Source: Tubulanus polymorphus (lineage: Eukaryota; Animalia; Nemertea). Taken from it: a stretch of 64,000 nucleotides of DNA. Of this stretch, positions 11,801 to 24,470 are shown one piece after another. The translations under genes and the position numbers were made by a program. Below the pieces are notes generated by a model, which saw only the letters and a program-made list of their open reading frames with translations, had not been told where the DNA came from and did no database searches. The stretch is taken from NCBI RefSeq assembly GCF_964204645.1, contig NC_134025.1:31104299-31168298 (forward strand), written 5' to 3'. Every line of letters begins with the position of its first letter. The first letter of the stretch is position 1.

Positions 11801-14522
11801 CAGTCTTAAGATTTAAGACCACTTTTGGTGTTAAGTCTTGACTATGGAACCGTCCCCTGGGCCCAGTTCCACGAAAAAGTTTAAGCCTAAAACGGTTAAG
11901 TTTGAATTGTTGTCCTCATTGAAAATGTGAAGTAACTAATAGCGATTACAACAAAAATTCCAGTTTAACTTTTTTGTGAAACTGGGCCCTGATGTCTATT
12001 TCAACTCGTTTGGGGGTTATTCTACCAATAGTGTTTCTATGATCGGAGAAGAACTGTCTGAAGAGTGACGAGTATTTTCTGTATTTCAGGTGATATTAAA
12101 CTGTTCAGCTTTACCGTACTTGTTACACTTACTCAGCAGTCCGAAAGAATCCATTAAAAAAGAAGCGTGTTGGACAATATCGAATATAACCGCCGGAAAT
12201 AGATCACAAATTCAGGTAAATTATTCATCATCTTTCATATGTATTATAGATTACAGGCTGGGATCGTTAAACTCAATTCATTAGTTGATAATCGGGTTCA
12301 AGTTAAACCCAACCCAATCAATCTTTGCTATTTGGAAGATCGTTTGAATGAACTGAAACAGATTTCAATGATGTATTTCTTCGATTTAAACAAAAAATTC
12401 TATGAATTTCACTGATTTTCGAACTGCCGGTAGATCTGTACTTGGATTTCCGATTTTAAAATCAAACCCCTATTTCGTTTCCGGCATGTGTTGTGGGTTG
12501 GTTTGTTACAGAGTCACGCCAGACAAAATCAAATAAATTAGGGGAACATTGATTGAAGTGAAACCGAGGTTTGAGTGGTTAACTCTAAACTGACCCGTGA
12601 CGTGTCTGTAAGTGTAGAGAGTATTGTACATGTTTTTCAGGACGTCATCGACGCGAATATTTTTGTCGTGTTGATCGAAATTCTCGGTAAAGCTGAGTTT
12701 AAAACAAGAAAAGAAGCGGCTTGGGCGATAACTAACGCTACATCGGGAGGAACTCCGGATCAAATCAAGTACATTGTTTTTACATATCCTACATATCTCT
12801 CTTCTTTCTGTCTAAATGAAATTTACAACAACTTGAGGAATATGAATCAATCATATTATATGTAATTTTTGTCTATAAGTGTGAAAACAGGTCGGCCTAG
12901 AGCTGAGTGTCAACTTTCACGATTTTACTGCTAGTGCATAAGGTAGCTTTGACTGTGAAATGAATGGAGAAAAAAAAGTATTTATAGGAAGTTGATTTAC
13001 CTGATGAAGTTACTCCAAGCACTAATGTCTATTTATTAATTGATGAGACCTGTTTTTCTGGGATATTTTGCTTACTTTTTAGGATACATACCTCATTTAT
13101 GTCTTAACAGAATGCCAAAAATCGCGGACAACAACTGAATATCTGATATATTTCCAGTTCTGTACCAATTAGATGGATTGGCAAAAAGACTCCTTAAGTC
13201 CAGTTGAATGAGAGAGAAAATCTTCCATTTTGTCAAATTTCTTGGATTTGAACATTGTTACCATGCCTACGCCACCCTGATTTAGTTGTTGAGACCCCAC
13301 AAGAAAAATAACTTTATTTCGTAGGCATGGTGACAATGTAAAAATTAAGAAATTTCACAAAATGGAGGATTTTCACTCATTCAATTGGACATAAGGAGTC
13401 TTTTTGCCAATCCATCTAATTGGTACTGAACTGGAATGATATCGGATATTCAGTTGTTGTCCGCGATTTTTGGCATTCTGTTAAGACATGAATGAGGTAT
13501 GTACCCCAAAAAGCATGCAAAGTATCCCAGAAAAACAACAGGTCTCATTAATTCATGAATAGACATTAGTGGTAGTAATCAGTTAAACTACACAGTGATT
13601 ACCTTATTTTATAATTTACTATCTACACGGTCGATGTAATTATTTGTTTGTAGATTTCTGGTAAATCAAGGTTGTATTCCGCCGTTGTGCGATTTGTTGA
13701 CCGTTATGGATGTTAAAATTATTCAAGTAGCGTTGAACGGTTTGGAGAATATTCTACGTCTCGGCGAGCAGGAGGCAAACTTTAAAAACAAACCAAACTC
13801 GCACGCTGTTATTGTTGAGGAATGTTTCGGTAAGTATTTTAAATACATCCTCAAACTGTGTCTCTGGAGAACACATCCTCAAACTGTGTCTCTGGAGAAC
13901 ACATCCTCAAACTGTGTCTCTGGAGAACACATCCTCAAACTGTGTCTCTGGAGAACACATCCTCAAACTGTGTCTCTGGAGAATACAACCTCAAACTGTG
14001 TCCAGTATAAATGAGTTCAGGTCGAATTTTAGTTTTCTGTATTGCTTAGTAAGGTGGTATCATAACTGCATTACCGGTAGACTCTGTTTGCCACGGAGCT
14101 AATATCCTCTGATTATCACAAACCCCGCGTGTCAAAATATTCAAAATTGAAACCTAATCAAATTCATGCGATGATGACCTATGTTTTGGTCCTGTAAAAT
14201 CTGAGGCAAGCGCTGGTTCTAACTTAACTGAGCTTGAGTTTAATTTCGTTTTGAAATATTCCGTAGTTAAATCATCGACAAACTGAAAATATTTCCAGCT
14301 GTTTATTTTATTCTATTTTCCGTTTCAGGTTTGGATAAAATCGAGTTTTTGCAAAGCCACGAAAACGGAGAAATTTATCAAAAAGCTTATCACATAATCG
14401 ATGCATATTTCGGGGCGGAGGAAGAGGTGAAATACATCGCGCCGGGCGTCGACGCTAACGGACAACAGTATAACTTCAACCTCGGCGAACAAGCTCCGCA
14501 GGGGGGATTTCAGTTACAATGA
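8844..14522 (+). CDS. KPNA: Importin subunit alpha, KPNA1/5/6 type; exons 8844-8846 (ATG only, tentative), 9235-9447, 9945-10068, 10160-10248, 10713-10933, 11014-11113, 11252-11494, 12090-12215, 12641-12768, 13654-13829, 14329-14522
   Basis: IBB domain ([37 protein letters not shown]), ARM repeats ([52 protein letters not shown]), C-terminal [12 protein letters not shown]; splice phases consistent. Confidence 0.96.
9460..9925. repeat. 27-bp minisatellite (tggtagattctattccagagtagagac), ~17 copies, KPNA intron
   Basis: Seen directly. Confidence 0.95.
10405..10548. mobile_element. PIF/Harbinger-like MITE of the abundant ggcccagttcca family
   Basis: TIRs gcccagttcc / ggaaccagccc flanked by ctg; internal cttaagacc repeats shared with copies at 11508-11859 and ~59990-60075. 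Confidence 0.65.
11533..11740 (+). mobile_element. tRNA-derived SINE inserted into a MITE in a KPNA intron
   Basis: A box tggccgagtgg, B-box-like gggttcataccc, A-rich tail; atagactt present on both sides (probable TSD). Confidence 0.8.
11860..11988. mobile_element. PIF/Harbinger-like MITE with CTG target duplication
   Basis: ctg-ggcccagttccacgaaaaagtt ... aactttttttgtgaaactgggcc-ctg. Confidence 0.75.
13020..13571. mobile_element. Foldback element with ~250-bp inverted arms, ~48-bp spacer and CACTA...TAGTG ends, KPNA intron
   Basis: 13020-13271 is largely the reverse complement of 13320-13571; no clear TSD. Confidence 0.85.
13844..14002. repeat. 28-bp minisatellite (tctctggagaacacatcctcaaactgtg), ~5.5 copies
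   Basis: Seen directly, starts ~15 bp after a KPNA donor. Confidence 0.93.
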
Positions 14523-14781
14523 GATATACACACGTTAGGATTTAATATTTACAGATCTTTCTCTCAATCTTGTGTTCGGATTATTGTTAATCTATTTATT
14601 TTTGCCGATGTTTATCGAAACGATAAAAGTTCGAAAAATGGAATTTAGAAAAAAAAAACAACGAAATTCGAATCTCGATGAGTATTAAATTGATTTTCCC
14701 TGCGTGTGATTAAACTCTGTTCAGTTCATCAGATCGCTTTAAATACACCTGCTTCATATCTCTCAAACAGTCAGAGCAAAG

Positions 14782-14818
14782 GGAGAGAGAGAGAGGGAGC
14801 AGTGAGAGGGAGCAGTGA

Positions 14819-14915
<97 letters not shown>
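14782..14915. repeat. (GA)n microsatellite
   Basis: Seen directly. Confidence 0.97.
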
Positions 14916-14916
<1 letters not shown>

Positions 14917-14998
14917 TTGTTTCACTGATTTGATAATTTAATTTATACCGAATGATGAAACAAATCTTATGTATTTTCCGTTGCTATTTTGAAGTCAT

Positions 14999-15435
14999 CC
15001 TGAATCCAGTTCCACAGTTCTGAATCCAGATCCACAGTTCTGAATCCAGTTGCACAGTTCTGAATCCAGTTGCACAGTTCTGAATCCAGTTGCACAGTTC
15101 TGAATCCAGTTGCACAGTTCTGAATCCAGTTGCACAGTTCTGAATCCGGTTCCACAGTTCTGGACCCGGTTCCACAGTTCTGGACCCAGTTCCACAGTTC
15201 TGGACCCAGTTCCACAGTTCTGGACTCAGTTCCACAGTTCTGGACCCGGTTCCACAGTTCTGGACCCAGTTCCACAGTTCTGGACCCAGTTCCACAGTTC
15301 TGGACTCAGTTCCACAGTTCTAGACCCAGTTCCACAGTTCTGGACCCGGTTCCACAGTTCTGGACCCGGTTCCACAGTTCTGGACCCGGTTCCACAGTTC
15401 TGGACCCGGTTCCACAGTTCTGGACCCGGTTCCAC
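14999..15435. repeat. 20-bp minisatellite (tggacccagttccacagttc / tgaatccagttgcacagttc), ~21 copies, derived from a MITE TIR
   Basis: Unit equals the left TIR of the ggcccagttccacag family; the opposite TIR ctatggaactgggtccag follows at ~15486-15503. Confidence 0.92.
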
Positions 15436-18400
15436 CAGCCTGCATCTGGTTCCGCTGTTAATGGTTGTCACTGGTTGGTTAGAACTATGGAACTGGGTCC
15501 AGTAATATACTCCTTGTCTATCAGGTTCTGTTTATTATTTCTCTTTCAATGTTTTTCTCTTATATTTATTCGATAATTATGTTGAAAATTATTGTGTATT
15601 TCGAAATAGTTTTGTTGAATGTGACACTAAAATGTATTTTTAGTAAAATTTGATATTCTTGTGTAAGATGAGTACCGTAACATCTTTACTCTCACTGAGA
15701 GGGATAGAGAACAGAGAGAAAGAGCTGTTGCTCTTACTGAGTTTAATTGTATTTTCACTATTTTCTGATGACTTCAGTAGTTGTGACTCTATGACTGTGT
15801 ATTATTAGTAATGATGTAATATAGATTAATTGGCTTTCTTTGTGCATTCATTCACAATTAATATAATTTCATCAAAAACAAGTGCAGACATCAGTTCCTC
15901 CCTTGTACCTCACACATACAAACACCGCGGCCTGGTTTTATAGAATTAATGTTATTCCGCTCATTCTCCTTGTAGTGAAGTATGGATTGAAATAGGCTGA
16001 TTTATAACAATACCTCGGTTTAGAATAATACCGATTCTATAAAACTGAGACCTCACCCCGCAAATTTCTAAAATACTATCCAATAAAAAGTTTGGAATTC
16101 ATTGGCCCCTGACCTCTTATTCTTCATGTAAATATTGAAATTCAGTGAATAAATGTCTGCACAAAATGATTTCATAAACATAAAGATTTACAAAATACAA
16201 GACAAGACTTCACATGGAAAACTACACTAAATCTATAAAACACAAGACTCTTAAGAATTAAAATAAAAAAACAACAATCCAATTCATTAATGATACATTC
16301 ATACATGATGCAGTAGTAATATAAAACCCCACTGTTCAGAATACACTGAATTTGTCCTCTGAATCATTCAGATATGACCTCTTCGAGAGGTAGATCTGCT
16401 GACCTCAATTAGATAGATCTGGCCTTTTTTAGAAGTGAATACTCTTAATGTACGATTGATTCTCTTCAAGCTGAAACAAAATCATTGAAAAATGTTGAAT
16501 ATATCAACTCGAGGGAGATAGAATGATTTAATTGGAAATGCAGTAAAAAGCTGCCTTAGGGGAGAGGGGGGGGGGTATTTCTAGTCTTTCTAGGGGGGGT
16601 TGTTATCATATTGATAGGCCCTACCTGCCCTGTTTGATGTTTTGTCAGCTTAATGGGTCCAGCTAAATAAATGCACGTTAGTTATGATTCCGATGAATGT
16701 AAGAACAGTTAGACTGAGCTCAAGTGTCGCTCGCATCCAAACAATTCTCAGGATATTTGTTGGAATAATTTTCTGTCTCTGATAATCGTTCTCGAGTCCA
16801 ACACATTTCTCGCGGATTTCATAATTTTGTAAGAAGCCACTCGAGCGTAGTCTACTGTTTGTAGTTATATTACTGTCAGTAGATTATTTACTATTTAACA
16901 TGTGTTTGAATAAGAAATTACACATAATTTAAGCGACTACTTGTACCAAAGATCTGGCTCATCAGAGTGTAGTTTATAGAGGTCTTGTACGTGATGTTTG
17001 TAAAACAGTCCTGGAGGTTAAAGGGTTAAAGACCATAAAAATGTTTACAAATCTTTTAGATTTGTATAGAGTGGTGTTGAACCTACAGTCTCCATGTCAA
17101 TTAAGTGTGGCAATTTTACTATAACACTGGTGACTTACTGTACATTGCTATGAAGGATAATCATGGCCCCCATTTCACGGTTGTGACTTACAAATTAACT
17201 CTCAGTTACAATCAGTTCATTTTCAATGAGTTAATTCTGATTTTAGTCTTTCAGTTGTGTTAAAATAGGCCGAAGGGATTAAGAAACTTCGAAGGTCTGT
17301 CCCGGTAATCTGTTATTGTGTTTGACCGCCGATGGCTGAAGTCAAGTAGTAAAGGCACATGACTACAAGACCTCTATACTTCAGGTATCATTCTGCAGCC
17401 CCCGAAACCTGCTGCACCTCTTCAGATTGTTGAAGTGTAAATTGTGGCAGTTCAGGGCGAACTTCGGTTTTCATATTTAGTCGACGAGTAGTTCGGTTTC
17501 ACGTAGTTTAACGGTATAGTTGAACTGGGCTGTACGTTGATACCTCACCACGGTAACGGTATACAGTATTGTTGTAACTGTTTCTAGTCGTGTTTCTTAT
17601 TCGTAGTTATTTATGATACGTTTCCACAATATACTGTATTGTGCTATAGACAACGAATAAGTGGTGAATATTCCTCTATTATCTTCGTCAAAGCTGGTCT
17701 TTGCAGTAAGTCCTGGGTTTATGGGGGGAGGACGGGTTGTATTCCTGGGGCCAGTTACGCAATCGACACTCGGTTCTAAAGCTAAACTAACGACGTAAAA
17801 CCAGTCTCTTATGTTATGATTCTGCTGCTGGTCCTGGGTTGGGTTTAATTGTAAACTTGTCCTACTTTAAAACATGCATGATGTAATATTTATATCGTGT
17901 ATGTTTCGTGTCTCGGGTGAGGAGAATTTTGTGATACTTAATACGAAGGTCTCTGGGGAAGAGGGAGAGGTGGGTGGAGGTCTATGGGTTCTCTTGTTGG
18001 GGGGTCGGAAAATGAGGATAGTTGGTTCCTAAAGATACATTATTCTTAAAAACAATGTAAGCATTAAAAAACACAAACCAAAACCTGATATTAAAAACAA
18101 TGTACAATAATAAATGTAAATAACGTAATTAAAATAAAAACATTTGTACAAAAATTTATACAAACAGTTTCTACAAAATACTAACTTTTACCCATGTTTA
18201 ACCGCTGCGAAAGGGAGAGACTGAAAGAGGTCTGATACTGGTTGATTTATGGTGTAGACTTTAGTTAAAACAGAGTTCAATAAACTTCATGACAAAACAA
18301 TTCCGTATTTTTTGTTAATGGTTTTCCTGAGCCTAGACTGGTTGCCTGTTAATGCTATGATGAACTTGTATCCGGATGACATCCAGATGATCGCGTGATC

Positions 18401-18628
18401 GATGAAAGAGTGTAATTGGAGACATCCGGACGCGTCCGGATTGAATAGAGTCTGCGTCCCAGAGTGGTCTTGATGCTGAATAGAGGATGTACAAGGGTGT
18501 CCCGGGTTCGAACCCAATAATTACTGAAAGTGGTTCTGGAATGGCCCTGATGCTGAATAGAGGATGTACTCTGGGGTGTCCCGGGTTCGAACCGTGTAAA
18601 TATTGGTTCGAAACCATACATATTTTAA

Positions 18629-18761
18629 CCCTCAAGTGCTGCCGCTATACATATCGTTGACGGTGAATATATGAACTAACTTATTACTCGCGCGCCGCAG
18701 TAGGAATCAGTTAGTTCACAAATTTACCGTTTATAATACGCATAGGGGCAGCACCCAACAG
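18629..18761. mobile_element. Palindromic piggyBac-like MITE, same family as 5011-5154
   Basis: ttaa-ccctcaagtgctgccgcta..tgaactaact / agttagttcac..taggggcagcac. Confidence 0.65.
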
Positions 18762-19094
18762 TAAATGACCGACTGTATGTACTGAATAAGAATCGAATTG
18801 ATTCGTAATTAAGAGTGAGAGCCATCACAGGTTTCACTCACTCACACTACCGATCACAATTTGGGGCTGCTCTTATTGGCGTTTCAAATAATACCCTCTG
18901 AAATTACATCCATCATCCGAAATATGTATGTAGGTTTTAAACATGGGTCAGTGGTGCTGTAATCTTTTTCCTAAATTCATGATCCACTAAAATTATTTCA
19001 TCTTCAAATCAATATCACCCGAGTAGGCCACCCCTCATCACAATCTGAAATATTAAAAAAAGAAACAGACTTGGGCAAATTACCAAAAGCGTAT

Positions 19095-19168
19095 GTTCGC
19101 TATGGCAGGACTCGAAACTATGGTCTCCGGTTTACCAGGCGGGAACTCTAACCACTAGACCATAGATC
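19095..19168 (-). mobile_element. Degenerate tRNA-like head (SINE relic or tRNA pseudogene)
   Basis: Minus strand has A box tggtctagtgg and B-box-like gtttcgagtcc, but acceptor and anticodon stems do not pair. Confidence 0.55.
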
Positions 19169-19425
19169 TGTGGTAATCACTCGTGTGTGTAAGTTTGTCT
19201 CGTATGTGATTTTGTATGTGTTCAGTTTGCTTAAAATCGATTTTCAGAATGCATCTTAAACAGTTTGTCAAACAGATTAAGTTAAACAGATAACTGGGGT
19301 AAACTGAGGACACATCAGTGTGGATAATAATTGAATTTGCGTGCATTCGAACCAAATGGAATTTTTTGTGGCGTTGATCAGGTTCGAATCCCATCAGAAA
19401 ATTATTTTTTAAACTTGGCGGTAAT

Positions 19426-19521
19426 ATTGGTACTTTTCATTGGTCAGGATCAGTGACGTCATACTGTCAGTATAAAAACTCAGGTCAGCCGATCCCTCTT
19501 TCCAGTTCGGCCATTTTACAG
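19426..19521 (+). promoter_or_regulatory. Pol II core promoter and short non-coding first exon of the orphan gene
   Basis: ATTGG at 19426 and 19439, perfect CRE TGACGTCA 19454-19461, TATAAAA 19471-19477, Inr-like ccagtt ~30 bp later (19502), YY1-like GCCATTTT 19510, donor CAG|GTAAGC at 19521/19522. Confidence 0.7.
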
Positions 19522-20291
19522 GTAAGCAAACGTCGTCCATTTTATTCAAACGTCGTCCATTTTATTTAATTCTTTCGATCAAATTTATCTATCAATCTTA
19601 CTTGTAAATTTTATACATATAGACCTTAGGTTTCGCATACGGCTTTATGTAAGACAATTTCAAGAGTTCCGAAAGTTCGGATTATATTATATAGGTGTTT
19701 AATTATGACATTTCCATTTTGACGTTCTTTTTGCTCTAAATTGTCCAAATGGTGTTTTTAACATTTAGAAGTAAGTTGCAACATTGATTTGCAATTTCGC
19801 TCTCGTGATAATGAAGACGTTATTGTGATTTCATTGAGGAAATTTATTAATTTTATTTATGAAATTTTCGGAAGCAGTTTTTCTGCTGTTCAGATCTACG
19901 CGCTAAAGCGGCTAGTTGACATGCCTAGGTGTAATACACAGACAGCTCAGTCTATTCAACCATGACTCGAATCCATAGAAACCTTTCATTCGAAGCGTCG
20001 TTCAACTTAATTCTGGTGGCTTCTATATTTAATATTTAGAAAATTATGATACCCAATAATTTAACGTTAATTATTATTATTACTTAATAGAAACTCGATT
20101 TAGCTATTTCTTAGAGTCAATAATTTTCGATTTTCTTGATTTTAATAAGATTGTTTTTACATTGCAGTAGCAGCAGCAGCATCAACAGCAGCAGTTAAAA
20201 AAGCAACAGTTATAAAAGCAACAGCAGCAGTACAACGACAACTACAACAATTACAACTTCAACAATTAAAACTTGAACTTCAACTTTGAAT

Positions 20292-23200
20292 ATGTCTACA
20301 AAATATGACCTTTTTTCGGGACTGTTGAAGCTGGTTCGCGCCGAGGTGCTGACTCTAGACCCTGAAACCCTCGGCGCGTTTTTTGATTTGAGTAAGTACA
20401 AAGTCTACTTCATCAATCTCAATTAGTTCATCTTGGGTATCTCAAATTCTCGATTATTTTTGATGAACATCTCAAATTATTTGATTTCCAACATCTGAAA
20501 TTATTTGATCTCAAATCTCCGCATTATTTGATTTCCTAAATCTCAAATTGTCTAAATCTCAATTATTTCGAATATCATCAATTAAAAAATCTAATATCAT
20601 CTAATGTCAATTTCTTTAATTCTCTTTTTAATTTTGGAAAACTCTTAAACTTAATTGAATTTGCTATCGAATCTATGGTGAATTAAGTTTGAATTGAATT
20701 GAATTGAATAGTGAGTAGAGGCTCTGGTGGATGAGAATTAACTCGAGGAAGTAACTTCATTTCCTGGTTTCGGTTCCAAATATTGTCCAAATTGTGAAAT
20801 GTTCATCATGTTATTCATATTCCAGTCAATAGAGATAAGTTACAACATAAATAATTTAAACTGTGTAGGCCTCCAGACCAATGCATTTCATAGAAAATCC
20901 TGATTTATGTTTAATAAATCAAGTAATTGGACTGCGCGGTTCAGTCCATTTAGTCAGGAAGCAGACTGCAGTTTAGTCCTTATTTTTATCAGTAACTGGA
21001 CTGCGGTGTAGTCCATATTTTAGTCAATAACTGGACTACCGTTTAGTCCATATTTTAGTCACTAACTGGACTGCGGTGTAGTCCATATTTTAGTGGACTA
21101 CGGTTTAGTCCATATTTTAGTCAATAACTGGACCGGGTTTAGTTGATAGTTTAGACAGGAACCGGATAGCTGTTAAGTCCCAGATACCCGTCACATTATG
21201 GGACCAACATTTTAGATACCGCTGAAAAGTAGAACTAGTATTTACGTTACTTTTGTTTTTCTCTGCGACTCCAGGATCCGAAAACATGTGATTTTCTTTT
21301 TTTATTAATCGTTCATCAATCGTCAGGAAATTCAGGATCACTATTTTTGATTTATTGGTTAAACTTTGTTCCTCGTATCTCAAGGTAGTTGCTCAAAACA
21401 GTTTGAGATCCGGAGATTATGGCAGGAAGGAGGTATACCTCGCAAGTGCTATCATTCAGCTAACTATTCTAAAGCCACACCCACTCAATGTTTATACTAG
21501 ATCTAAACTAAGGATATGATGTTTGAACGGATTCATTATTACGGTCAATGGTTGGTGCCTCGTTAGGTACTGAGTCTTATACAGTGAGTTTACTCAGTAT
21601 CCGGACCACAGTTTACTCAGTATCCGGACCACAGTTTACTCAGTATCCGGACCACAGTTAACTCAGTATCCGGACCACAGTTTACTCAGCATCCGGACTA
21701 CAGTTTACTCAGTGTCGGGACCACAGTTTACTCAGTGTCGGGACCACAGTTTACTCAGTATCCGGACATCACAAGTGAACTGAATCGGAGGAAAATGTTG
21801 CGGGATAAAGAAACATGAAGTTTGTAGGGTTTGACCCTTGGAAAATTTTGGTGGTAATTTTTCTTACTGAAAGTGACGTCCTATGGAAATGAGCTAATTT
21901 GCATAAATTATAATCGGTGACCTATTTATTTGATAACCCACTAAATTTCTTGTATCAAAATGAACAAATCGGGTATATACCCCTCAGCTAACAGCTGACA
22001 ATGGAATATTCCATGTCTACGGTCAGAAATATGAATTATATGGGTAATTATAATTAGAAAATGAGCTAATAATTAAAAATCTAAAATCTAATCAGATTGT
22101 ATAAAATACAAAGAACTTGATAATTTTGACCGCTATTAGGCTCAATAAATCTTTTCATCAATTGATTTTTGCAATTCTTAAAAACCGGTGCCTAATAAGG
22201 TAAAAAATAGAAGGTGCCAAACTGTAGCGGATTAGGCGGAGGCTACTGTATGATGAATATCAGCTGAAATGGCTGTGCATGGAATTTTGTTGATCTGAAT
22301 AAATGAATGGCTGCTGTACGATGAATTATACATTCTAGGTGAGTTATGTAATGAATATGTGGAGTACCGATAGGCCTATTGCCGACAATGAATATTCTAT
22401 TGGGAATAATGAATTACAGCCATTTATGGTTATAGTTAAATATTGTTCTTCAAAATGAATGTTTTTTATTTGTAGTGAGTGTTGTTTCTGAAGGTGCAGT
22501 AGCGGGCAGTATTGTGTGAAATGGTTTTTACTGGTTTTAGATTCAGCGAAGTGAAATTATTTGTGTCGTTTTTCTGTTTTAATTCATGCTGTAAATAGTT
22601 TAAACAATAAAATATTTAAAAAATCAGTCATATTTTTATCTTCATTTTTGAGAAAATTCAGAAGAAAATATAATATGTACACACTTGCCTCATGTTCAGA
22701 GGAAATGAAATGCAAGTTCTCCCACTTACCGTGGATGGAGTGTGGCCCTGTATGCAATAAAAAAGTGTTCTACAAAATAATTGAATACATTTCTGAAGTT
22801 TGGACACATTTTTCACTCGTCCATTCGAAAAGTAATTACTGAATAAAAGGAATTATCGATTAATTTTTTGTTGATACAGCGCGACATCTGTTGTTTTAAA
22901 TTAGATCTTTTATCGTTGCAAAGTTTCCATTTCAATTGGTTGATAGATGAAAAGTTATCATGCGTGTTATTCCAAAGAGGTTCCCAGATTTTGAAACCAG
23001 GGTCATGGGTAACAATTCCATTCATTATAATGTATAGTTTTTGTCACCTGGAACCTGGTACGTCATCACCCCAGAAAAAAAAATCAAGTGTATTTTTGAT
23101 TCATGATTTGCTACCAAAATTGATTGTCAAGGTAATGGTAGGATGTAATTTATTACAATCAGTAGTTCCATTAATGAATTAACAAAAGTGTACCCGTCCA

Positions 23201-24470
23201 CGTACAGGGTTGGTTCTGAAATATGTAAGTATATAAGACATAAAAATACCTTTATAAAATGTGTATTGAAAGATTCAGAGATACTGTCGACTTATCGTTA
23301 TTATGTAATGGATGATGCAAATCATGAAAGCGGTTAAAAGTGTAGTTACAACAGAGTTAGTTGTACAACCGTATCGTACAACCAGTGACATGATCACTTC
23401 TCGCAAAATAAGCTTACGATCGCTTTCAAACGTTCAAATGACCCTTCTTACCCAACTCTCTTCGTTTTTTCCATCACATCACATTCACCTATTGGATAAC
23501 TGCATTATTTTATAGGTTACTATTTACAAATATGATAATCATATGCGAACTTGTCATTTATGTGTAATATGCATGATCCTTAATGTTTTTTTTTTTCATT
23601 TCAGATATAGACATCATTGAAAACATCCAACATGACCAGTCTGAAGCAGCCCGCAGAGCACTTCCAGCATTACGAGATACTTATACAAGGTGTGTATCTC
23701 TCTGCGGGCCTAAGGAACCAACTCTTCCTGAAATTGTTCCACCTTTTGAGTTGGTTCCTTTGCAGGAGGTGGACCCTGCTTCTCCCGTAAATGTGGAGCA
23801 GGAGGTCGCCCCTGCAGTGGTGACCCCGACAGAGGCGCCACAGCTTCAGACGCCTTCACTGCGTCGGTCGCCCCGTCAAAAGACAAGAGATATAGATTAC
23901 ACAATAGGTTCGGGGCGTCCGAAATCAAAAAAAAAAGGCAAACGTGCAGCTCGTCCTCCCCCACTTCCGCAACCAAATTTTGAGGAGGCGAGCAGTGATG
24001 AGGAGGAATTCGCCACTCCTGGAGCGACACCACCAGGGCCCGCAACACCACCACCTCGCGATGATATAAGACCACCACGACGACCACGACAACCACCTGC
24101 AACTACTACTAATTCTACTACTACTACCACTACTACCACTACTAAGAAAAGACGACCACGACCACCTACTTCAACTGCGACTAGTACTACTACAACTTCG
24201 ACAACTAGATCAAATAATACAAGAAATAGAAAAAGAAGACTTGAAGATGAAGAAAGTGATGATGATTACGAAAATGATAATACGCCCGCCCAGGCATCGA
24301 CATCGGGCGCTCCAGCGGGGCCACCACCTTCCCCCGCTGTCGAGCTCATCGCGCGCGGCCCTGGTTGGTCAAGAAACATCGAGTATAAAGATCCAATAAG
24401 AATGCTCCGCGATGTTGAAGGGGCCTTTAAAGGAAAATATCAATTTGTAAAACGTCGGCGAACACAATAA
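20292..24470 (+). CDS. Orphan 321-aa Pro/Thr/Arg-rich, probably nuclear protein; coding exons 20292-20391 and 23605-24470
   Basis: ATG 20292 open to donor A|GTAAGT (phase 1) joins acceptor tttcag| at 23605 (phase 1) in frame with the 295-aa ORF; AATAAA ~24675; basic clusters (KSKKKGKR, RKRR, KRRR). Confidence 0.7.
20925..21135. repeat. ~35-39-bp tandem repeat with internal palindrome ggactgcggtgtagtcc
   Basis: 5-6 degenerate copies seen directly. Confidence 0.8.
21588..21768. repeat. 23-bp minisatellite (cagtttactcagtatccggacca), ~8 copies
   Basis: Seen directly; begins just after ta-cagt, resembling a Tc1/pogo-type terminus (a ..ctactg-ta end lies at ~22250). Confidence 0.9.

Noticed and set aside
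14706-15576. RE/SL-repeat and [10 protein letters not shown] ORFs (also 47048-47332 and 50489-51013)
   Set aside because: Translations of (GA)n and TIR-derived minisatellites
23710-24139. Minus-strand Val/Gly-rich ORFs
   Set aside because: Antisense to the orphan exon, which has the splice and promoter support
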